In this document: positions 25,928-32,000 of the stretch, piece by piece | Layout of the letters: the number at the start of each line of letters is the position of its first letter | Numbering within the stretch: position 1 is the first letter of the stretch | NCBI RefSeq assembly: GCF_000195975.1 | Contig: NC_005070.1 | Location: forward strand, 810,001 to 842,000 | From: Parasynechococcus marenigrum WH 8102 | GTDB lineage: Bacteria; Cyanobacteriota; Cyanobacteriia; PCC-6307; Cyanobiaceae | DNA: 32,000 nt | Reading direction: 5' to 3' | Position numbers and translations under genes: made by a program | The notes under the pieces: model-generated | What the model was told of the DNA's origin: nothing | The model's database searches: none | Seen by the model: only the letters and a program-made list of their open reading frames with translations

Positions 25928-26200
25928 TCAGCCCATTCCCTTCTGGGATTCACGGAAGGCCTTCAATTTGTCGATGTCCTTCTCTTCATCAATGCCGTAG
26001 TCCGTCAGGATCAGCGCCTTGCCGATAGTGCCGAGGGCGTATTCGATCCGATCGAGATCGCGGCGCCCGCTTTCGTCCTTACGGGCAGCTCGGATCACCT
26101 CGGGACGAAGCTGATCGGCCAGTTGCTCGATGGCGGTTGCGATGGCGCCGGCCTGATCCAGCGGGTCGGTGTGATCCATGGAGGCCTGGGGCGTGGGCAA
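25928..26200 (-). CDS. Small acidic hypothetical protein (83-90 aa)
   Basis: Clean ORF 23 nt downstream of the 2OG oxygenase gene on the same strand. No motif recognised. Confidence 0.55.
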   Translation of the reverse strand: MPTPQASMDHTDPLDQAGAIATAIEQLADQLRPEVIRAARKDESGRRDLDRIEYALGTIGKALILTDYGIDEEKDIDKLKAFRESQKGMG

Positions 26201-26223
26201 CAGGGAAACTCTGCCAGCTGGGC

Positions 26224-26916
26224 TCAGAACCCCCGGGCCACCGGCCGTTGACTCGAGAGAGACACGTTGCCGGGGGGGGAGGAGGGCTGCGGTGCTGCAG
26301 CGGGGGCCGCCACGGCATTGAAGGCGAGCGACCAGCGTTCGCCATCGCCACGGAAGGGCATCACCGAATGGGGCTGCCAGGCCGGGAACACGTAGTACTC
26401 ACCAGGCACCGGCAGGACGTAATGGGCCATCCCGGTGCGGAAGGACTGCAGATGCCAGTCCTCTGGGCCGTGAAAGCAGAGCTGGCCGTCAAAGCTGTTG
26501 CCGTTGATCTGGGGCGGCACCTTGAGAAAGATCACCCCAGAGAAGCTGCCGCCGTGGGTATGGGTTGGGTTGTAGTCGCCGGCGGTCTGGCAGTTGATCC
26601 ACAGATCGATCATCTGCAGCCGGTAACGACCCGGCACCCAGGGACCACGCCCCTGGGGTGGCTGCCGATCCATCACGTGGCGGATCCAGCGGTCACAGGC
26701 GGGAAGCAGAACCTCCGCACTGAGTTGCTGCACCGCCGGTTGGTCAGGCCTTAACTCCCGTTGCTGACGCAGCTGACCAGCCAGCTTGGCGGAGGCGTCG
26801 GGACTGGCTGAAGGATTGGCCAAAACGGATTCACCCAGATCGATCAGCTGGTTCAGCAAGGGGGCTGGAAGCGTGCCTCGCAGAATGGAGCGTGGAAACA
26901 GGTCAAGAACCTCCAT
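26224..26916 (-). CDS. 2OG-Fe(II) oxygenase family protein (2OG-FeII_Oxy_5-like)
   Basis: NPTHTHGGSFSGVIFL and FPAWQPHSV fit the HxH/D...H family found in cyanobacteria and cyanophages. Confidence 0.75.
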   Translation of the reverse strand: MEVLDLFPRSILRGTLPAPLLNQLIDLGESVLANPSASPDASAKLAGQLRQQRELRPDQPAVQQLSAEVLLPACDRWIRHVMDRQPPQGRGPWVPGRYRLQMIDLWINCQTAGDYNPTHTHGGSFSGVIFLKVPPQINGNSFDGQLCFHGPEDWHLQSFRTGMAHYVLPVPGEYYVFPAWQPHSVMPFRGDGERWSLAFNAVAAPAAAPQPSSPPGNVSLSSQRPVARGF

Positions 26917-26983
26917 AGGCTCACTAAGACGCTGCAGGTCATCGTGCCAGCGCCAGAGTGGGGGCGATGTTCATGGGGTAGCG

Positions 26984-27487
26984 ATGCTGCGCAAGGCAGT
27001 GCTTGCTGGTTTGCTGCTCCTCGGCTGCAGTGCGTCGGTCGTGGCGCAGCCGTTGCCAGGCCAGCATGGGCCGACGGCGGAACTGCTCGAGGGCGGCGGC
27101 CTGCGGCTAAGCACGCGTCGCACCAACGATCGCTTCCAAGATGGCAACCGGCTCTGGAAAGTGGAGCTGCACCGCGGTGAGCGACTGTTGGCCAGCTGGC
27201 AGGCTGCCAGCGGCATTGCTGAACGGCAGACCGCAGATCGACTCTGGAGTCCTGGTAATGCAGCTCCTCTCCCGGCGGGGGAGTACAGCCTGGGACAGCC
27301 GGAACCCTGGGGAGATGATCTCTGGTTCGATCTGCAGCCGCGCTTTGATACCACCCGCAGCGCTCTGGGCATTCACCGTTGCTATCCAGGGACGGGGTGC
27401 ATCTGCATGCCAAGCCGCGCGGAGATTGATGCACTGGCAGCTTGGGTGAGACGGGGACGATTGCGCAGGCTGCGTGTGATCAACTGA
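26984..27487 (+). CDS. L,D-transpeptidase (YkuD)-like lipoprotein
   Basis: Lipobox LLLGCS. GIHRCYPGTGCICMPS fits the H...(S/T)xGC(I/V)x(M/L) catalytic motif. I chose the start at ATG 26984. Confidence 0.65.
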   Translation: MLRKAVLAGLLLLGCSASVVAQPLPGQHGPTAELLEGGGLRLSTRRTNDRFQDGNRLWKVELHRGERLLASWQAASGIAERQTADRLWSPGNAAPLPAGEYSLGQPEPWGDDLWFDLQPRFDTTRSALGIHRCYPGTGCICMPSRAEIDALAAWVRRGRLRRLRVIN

Positions 27488-27566
27488 ATCCAATCGCTGT
27501 CAAAGACAAGTCTTCTGCAGCACTGACCAAAGTCGTTGGGATCTTTAGAAACGAGTCGTTTGTCCC

Positions 27567-28649
27567 ATGAACGCCTTCATGGATGTGAACATCTGGATGA
27601 TCGTCGGCTTTTTGCTGGCGGCCTATTCCGTTGTGGCCAACGACTCACTGCAGACGTTGGGTACGTATATCTCGTCGAATAAAAAGCGCACCCCGAAAGC
27701 GGTGCAGATGCTGTTTATCTGCACCGTCACCATCATCGTTCTGATGATGGGTTGGTTCCTCAAGGACGGTGACCCCGCCTGGGGCCGCCTGAGTGTTCCC
27801 GGCAAGGAGTTTCCTCTGCCCGAGCCATTCAACTGGGTCTACATCCTTCCGCCCATTGCGGTGTTGGCCCTCACCCAATGGGGCGCTCCGGTGAGTACAT
27901 CGTTTCTGGTGCTCTCCTCCTTCAAGCCGGCCAACATCGGCAAGCTGCTCAACAGTTCGCTGACGGGGTATGTCCTGGCCTTCTGCGTGGGCTTGGCGGC
28001 CTATGGCCTGGGCATGTGGCTGTTGGAACGTTGGGTGTTCCGCCGCACGCAGGAGGGCAAGGACTTCAACAAGGTCTGGTATGTCTTGCAGTGGTTCTCC
28101 ACCGGCTTCCTTTGGAGCATGTGGCTGGTGCAGGACCTGGCGAACATCTTTGTGTTCCTGCCCCGCAAGCTGGACTTCTTCCCGATGGCGATCTGCACGG
28201 CGGTGCTGTGCGTGGGTCTCTGCGTGCTGGTGGCCACCGGCGGTGGTCCGATTCAAGGGGTGCTGCGGTCCAAAACGAACACGTCCGACCTGCGCTCGGC
28301 CACGGTGATCGACTTCTTCTTCGGTCTTTGTCTGCTCTACAAGGCGTTCCTCTCCACCTTCCCGCTGAGCACCACCTGGGTGTTCCTGGGCCTGATCGGT
28401 GGTCGGGAAATCGCCCTGCGGATCAAGGAGCAGGAATTTGAGACCGTCTTCACTAACCGCGAGAGCGGCAACCTGGCCAAGATCATCGGCAGCGATCTCT
28501 GGAAGGCCTTCGTCGGTGTGGTGGTGAGTCTGGTGATCGCGCTGAGCATCCAACCTCTGGTGCAACTCACCGGCGGTTCCACCCTTCAGCAAACGGGCCA
28601 TGTCAGCGGAGCCGTCTTTCGTGGCCGCTTTTTCATTTGGTTTGTCTAG
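27567..28649 (+). CDS. Polytopic membrane protein, possible distant PiT/PHO4-like transporter
   Basis: 360 aa with about 9-10 TM segments. VANDSLQTLGT resembles the GANDVANxFGT signature. The functional assignment is weak. Confidence 0.8.
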   Translation: MNAFMDVNIWMIVGFLLAAYSVVANDSLQTLGTYISSNKKRTPKAVQMLFICTVTIIVLMMGWFLKDGDPAWGRLSVPGKEFPLPEPFNWVYILPPIAVLALTQWGAPVSTSFLVLSSFKPANIGKLLNSSLTGYVLAFCVGLAAYGLGMWLLERWVFRRTQEGKDFNKVWYVLQWFSTGFLWSMWLVQDLANIFVFLPRKLDFFPMAICTAVLCVGLCVLVATGGGPIQGVLRSKTNTSDLRSATVIDFFFGLCLLYKAFLSTFPLSTTWVFLGLIGGREIALRIKEQEFETVFTNRESGNLAKIIGSDLWKAFVGVVVSLVIALSIQPLVQLTGGSTLQQTGHVSGAVFRGRFFIWFV

Positions 28650-28824
28650 CCGATCATTCAATGTCCTTAAGGATCGATTAAGACGGATGTACTGACCGGC
28701 TCGGTTTTGTCCGGCCCAATGGCGTGAATCCTTTGCTTGAACCCTGACCAGTCCACGATCCCAGCGCCGCGATGCCAGCGGCCGTTTTCAGTCCAGCGGA
28801 GATGCCAAGGCACGCCCTGTTCAG

Positions 28825-29289
28825 GTGTGGCTGAAGCCTGATGTGCTCGAGCGGCTGGATTCCTATTGCTTGTTTTATGGCGTTGGACGCGGACGTGCCA
28901 TCGGCCATCTGCTGCAGGGGGCCCTCCCTGATCCAAGCTGGCTTCCGCAGCGACCGGTATTTCTCGAGGAACCATCGGACGGCACAGAAGCTTGCACCGG
29001 AACGCCGGCAGAAACCACGCCTGAAGCCGATCCATCCATCACGTCTGCTGCTGAGCGGCCGATGCCGTTGTTCCAAGCCGGAGATCTCATCAGCAACAAC
29101 AGCGGCCGACGCCATGGGGTCATCGCTGAGGAGCCCTGTCTGTGGGCCGAGCCGGTGCTGCTGCCCAACGGCGAACAGCGCCACGGCCACTGGACCTACG
29201 CCGTGGCATGGGATGGTCAGATGGGGTTGACCATCCGCTACGCGGAAGATCTGCTGCATTCGCAGGAGCAAGACCGACAGGTCGGCTGA
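28825..29289 (+). CDS. Hypothetical protein with an RHH-like N-terminus
   Basis: GTG start. VWLKPDVLERLDSYCLFYGVGRGRAIGHLL looks like a ribbon-helix-helix. The opposite-strand 242-aa ORF has shadow-ORF composition. Confidence 0.5.
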   Translation: MWLKPDVLERLDSYCLFYGVGRGRAIGHLLQGALPDPSWLPQRPVFLEEPSDGTEACTGTPAETTPEADPSITSAAERPMPLFQAGDLISNNSGRRHGVIAEEPCLWAEPVLLPNGEQRHGHWTYAVAWDGQMGLTIRYAEDLLHSQEQDRQVG

Positions 29290-29352
29290 GGGGCCGTGGT
29301 CACTGGCCCGGGTTCTGGCTATTGGATGGGAAGGTGGGACCCTGGAGCATCG

Positions 29353-29670
29353 ATGACCTGGCTGCTGCTTCTGTTGATCCCCATGACGGCCGCAGCAGCA
29401 CCGCAACTACCCCTGAGTCTGCAGCAATCGATCGTTGAAGCGCACCGCTCATTGCTGGCGGCTGGATGGCATCCAGCGCCGGATCAGCAGCCATCCCCCG
29501 ATGAACGCCACTGGTCCGCAGTGACGCTGGACAGCTTGTCCTCCTGTTCCGGCACGGGGGAGGGGTTCTGTTGCTTCGATTACCGCCGTGATGGCCAGAC
29601 GCTGTCGGTGGTGACTGTCCCCTCGAGGCCAGGTGAAGCCTCCGTTGGTCGGGTGACCCGGTGGTGGTGA
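29353..29670 (+). CDS. Small secreted Cys-containing hypothetical protein
   Basis: GGAG lies 5 nt upstream of the ATG. Signal peptide MTWLLLLLIPMTAAAA. Confidence 0.55.
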   Translation: MTWLLLLLIPMTAAAAPQLPLSLQQSIVEAHRSLLAAGWHPAPDQQPSPDERHWSAVTLDSLSSCSGTGEGFCCFDYRRDGQTLSVVTVPSRPGEASVGRVTRWW

Positions 29671-30237
29671 TCAGGGGTTGAGTCGCTGTTCCAGCCAGCC
29701 ATTCTCCCGGCGCCAGAGCAGACGCTGGTGAGGGTGGTGGCTCAGGTCGAGCAGTTCCACCTGCTGGAGGCTGATCGGCACCATCACGAAGTGGTCTGGG
29801 ACGGGAGCATCTTCTGGCAGTTCCTGGGGGAAGGGCGCTGCGGGTTCAAAGGGTTGTCCTGGATGCGGCCATCCCCACAGGGCTCGTCCACTGGGAGACA
29901 GGGATCGCCACTGGGCCTGGTCTGGAGAGACCGCCACCTGTGCAGCTGTTCCCCGAAGCCGGTATTGCTGCTTGGCTTTCGTCAGCAGCCAGCAGAGTTC
30001 CACCTGAGGTTGATGATTGAACTCTGCGATTTTGCTGCTGCGGCCATCCGTATACAGCTCCAATTGATCCGCTCCGTTCCAGCCGCGGAACACCAGCGTT
30101 CTCACCCTGGGGGTGCCATCAGAGGCCACGGTGGCGAGTTGCAGCCAGCGGGCACTCACCTGGCGGCCTTCGCGCTTGAGGGCACCGCGAAGTCGTTGCC
30201 GCCAGGGGGGCAGGGCTCCATCCGTCGCTGCTGTCAT
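29671..30237 (-). CDS. Pyridoxamine 5'-phosphate oxidase-like FMN-binding protein
   Basis: RVRTLVFRGW...LELYTDGRSSKIAE...VELCWLL...QYRLRG follows the PNPOx split-barrel pattern. Confidence 0.8.
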   Translation of the reverse strand: MTAATDGALPPWRQRLRGALKREGRQVSARWLQLATVASDGTPRVRTLVFRGWNGADQLELYTDGRSSKIAEFNHQPQVELCWLLTKAKQQYRLRGTAAQVAVSPDQAQWRSLSPSGRALWGWPHPGQPFEPAAPFPQELPEDAPVPDHFVMVPISLQQVELLDLSHHPHQRLLWRRENGWLEQRLNP

Positions 30238-30281
30238 GGTCTGAAATAGCTCCTCAGAACAGAAAACATGGGCTGGCAGGG

Positions 30282-30551
30282 TTGATCAAAGAGTTGATCA
30301 TCACCGTGGCGAGTGACTTGAAAGAGCGTGTGCTCAGTGCCCTGCGCGCTTGCCGAAGCTCGGACGATTTGGTGGCCTTGGATGAGCAATTGGCCATTGA
30401 TTGTCGCGACGCCCCCTTGCACCAAGTGATCTGCGATGCCCTTCGGGATCGCAGTGTGGCCCCGGTGGAAGCCGCCAATTGGTTGACGACGCTGATGGAG
30501 CACCGTAACCAGCAGCTCACGGCTTGTTTGAACCTGTCCTGCCAGGTCTGA
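30282..30551 (+). CDS. Hypothetical small protein (non-ATG start)
   Basis: The only protein-like frame in this region. Start is TTG 30282 or GTG 30306, with no internal ATG near the start. Confidence 0.4.
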   Translation: MIKELIITVASDLKERVLSALRACRSSDDLVALDEQLAIDCRDAPLHQVICDALRDRSVAPVEAANWLTTLMEHRNQQLTACLNLSCQV

Positions 30552-30553
30552 GG

Positions 30554-31525
30554 TCAGGACAGTCCAAACAGCCTGGCCTGCTCTACAGCGGCTCGGATCA
30601 CGATGGCGTGCCGCCTCACCAGGGGCATCAGTTCGTCGTAACCCCCTCCGATCACCGTGGCGATGGGGATGCTGCGGCGCAGGGCCGCATCCAGGACGAG
30701 TCGATCGCGTCGTAACAGACCCTCGTCGCTCAGCTCCAGTCGTCCAAGCCGGTCATCCCGATGGGGGTCCACACCGGCGTTGAACAACACCAGATCCGGT
30801 TGTTGGTCATCCAGCACCTGCGGGAGTCGGTCCCCGATGGCGGCCAGGTAGTCGTCATCTCCAGTTGCGTCTTCAAGAGGAATGTCGATGTCGCTGGCCA
30901 CCTTGCGCAGCGGAAAATTGCTGGCGGCATGGACGGACAAGGTGGTGATGCGCGGCTCATCGGCAAAGCAGGCCGCAGTGCCATCGCCTTGATGCACATC
31001 CAGGTCCACCACCAGCAACCGTTGCACCTCGCCGTTGTCCAGCAGCACGCGCGCTGTTGTGGCCACGTCATTGAAGATGCAGAACCCGCTACCAAAGCCG
31101 GGATGGGCGTGATGGGTTCCCCCTGCCAGGTGACAGGCGATTCCATGCTGAAGCGCCAGGCGAGCCGTCAGCAAGGTTCCCCCGACGGATAGCCAGGTGC
31201 GCTGCACCAGGGGCCGGGTGGCAGGAAGCCCGATGCGGCGCTGTTCCGAGCGGCTGAGTTGATCACGGCTGAAGGCCTGGTGGTAGCTGCGCCGGTGGAT
31301 GCGCTCCAGATCCCGTCGGGGGATACTGAGGGGGCGGCGGATCTGGTTGGCCTGCAACACCTGTTCGTCAAGCAGCAAACGACGCAGCAGCCTGAATTTG
31401 GCCATCGGGAAGCGGTGCGTCGAGGGCAATGGAGCGGAGTACAGCTCGTGATAGACCGCGTGCAGTGTCAAGGGTCCAGCCGCAGTTGGCAGGCTGCAGT
31501 CTTCGTGTTTGGTGCGCTGAGCCAT
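30554..31525 (-). CDS. Histone deacetylase-family (acetoin utilization / acetylpolyamine-type) deacetylase
   Basis: HHAHPGFGSGFCIFND, DLDVHQGDGT and VIGGGYDE. An alternative TTG start at 31471 would give 305 aa. Confidence 0.9.
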   Translation of the reverse strand: MAQRTKHEDCSLPTAAGPLTLHAVYHELYSAPLPSTHRFPMAKFRLLRRLLLDEQVLQANQIRRPLSIPRRDLERIHRRSYHQAFSRDQLSRSEQRRIGLPATRPLVQRTWLSVGGTLLTARLALQHGIACHLAGGTHHAHPGFGSGFCIFNDVATTARVLLDNGEVQRLLVVDLDVHQGDGTAACFADEPRITTLSVHAASNFPLRKVASDIDIPLEDATGDDDYLAAIGDRLPQVLDDQQPDLVLFNAGVDPHRDDRLGRLELSDEGLLRRDRLVLDAALRRSIPIATVIGGGYDELMPLVRRHAIVIRAAVEQARLFGLS

Positions 31526-31680
31526 TGGGCGATGCCTCCATCGCGCAGCAAGCGACAGATCACGGCTCCTCCTCTGGATCCGAGTCCGTCAAAAAACCAT
31601 TCGGAATCCAGGTTCAGGGATTGAGCCTGAAGCGGGGACGCTGTGATCAGCGCCAACGTAAAGATGACGAGGGAACGCAC
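31468..31680 (-). CDS. Candidate small secreted protein (70 aa)
   Basis: GTG start. Signal peptide RSLVIFTLALITASPLQA, and two Cys in the mature part. Its stop TGA overlaps a TTG that could be the true HDAC start (TTGA). Confidence 0.35.
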   Translation of the reverse strand: MRSLVIFTLALITASPLQAQSLNLDSEWFFDGLGSRGGAVICRLLRDGGIAQWLSAPNTKTAACQLRLDP

Positions 31681-31709
31681 GGGCCTGGCTGAATGGCCCT
31701 ATTCAAAGG

Positions 31710-31961
31710 TCAGGCCAGCTGGCGTTCCATGAGCCAGGAATTGAAGCCACTGCGTTCCATTTCTGCGATGCAGTCCTGTTGTTTGCGCAGATGGCTCTGG
31801 CGGACACGCGTCAGCCGTTGTCCCTCCTGGCTGGACAGGCCGGCGGCCAGGCGCTGCTGTTGAAGCAGGTCCAGCTCATGGTCGAGATGGTCCATCAGTT
31901 TCAGCAACGAATATCCCTGCTTGATCTGCTGCTGGCTGAGCTCAGTGACGAACCGACGCAT
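31710..31961 (-). CDS. Small coiled-coil-like hypothetical protein (83 aa)
   Basis: Clean ATG-initiated ORF, rich in Gln and Leu. No motif recognised. Confidence 0.55.
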   Translation of the reverse strand: MRRFVTELSQQQIKQGYSLLKLMDHLDHELDLLQQQRLAAGLSSQEGQRLTRVRQSHLRKQQDCIAEMERSGFNSWLMERQLA

Positions 31962-32000
31962 CGCATTCTCTTAAGGATCTTTTAACTCTTGCATGCTGCG

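Overview
The window is a high-GC, very compact chromosomal segment. From its protein families it looks like a marine picocyanobacterium of the Synechococcus type; this is an inference, since no search was possible. I support about 44 coding regions and found no rRNA, tRNA, CRISPR array, integrase or transposase. Recognisable content, in order: a 5'-truncated FAD-linked oxidase; a SulP anion permease; a four-gene polar amino-acid ABC importer (natFGH-bgtA / aapJQMP type) with 1-4 nt start/stop overlaps; an AEC-family transporter; AlkB; an SGNH hydrolase; a phage-like zinc-ribbon protein; and a 7-gene minus-strand run (GpsA-like 504-aa protein, sugar-kinase-like phosphotransferase, DOMON-like protein, lytic transglycosylase, a hypothetical protein, metY, metA). 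These are followed by a GST, a PAO-type Rieske oxygenase, a probable glucosylglycerol-phosphate phosphatase, the arsenosugar radical-SAM enzyme ArsS, a minimal SepF-domain protein, a Fur-family regulator, a metallophosphoesterase, a 2OG-Fe(II) oxygenase, an L,D-transpeptidase-like lipoprotein, a PNPOx-like protein and an HDAC-family deacetylase. The most unusual locus is 23.4-24.1 kb. It holds two tandem genes sharing a Cys/His/Met/Trp motif. One encodes a small secreted His-rich protein; the other fuses the motif to a hydrophobic domain with strict 5-residue Gly and 10-residue Met periodicity, encoded by 30-nt tandem repeats. The pair ends 9 nt from the stop of the Fur-family gene. Two AT-richer gaps (7881-8269 and 21963-22220) stand out because other convergent gene pairs here sit only 0-9 nt apart; both may hold small genes or RNAs. 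All functional calls come from reading the translations by eye and need HMM or BLAST confirmation.
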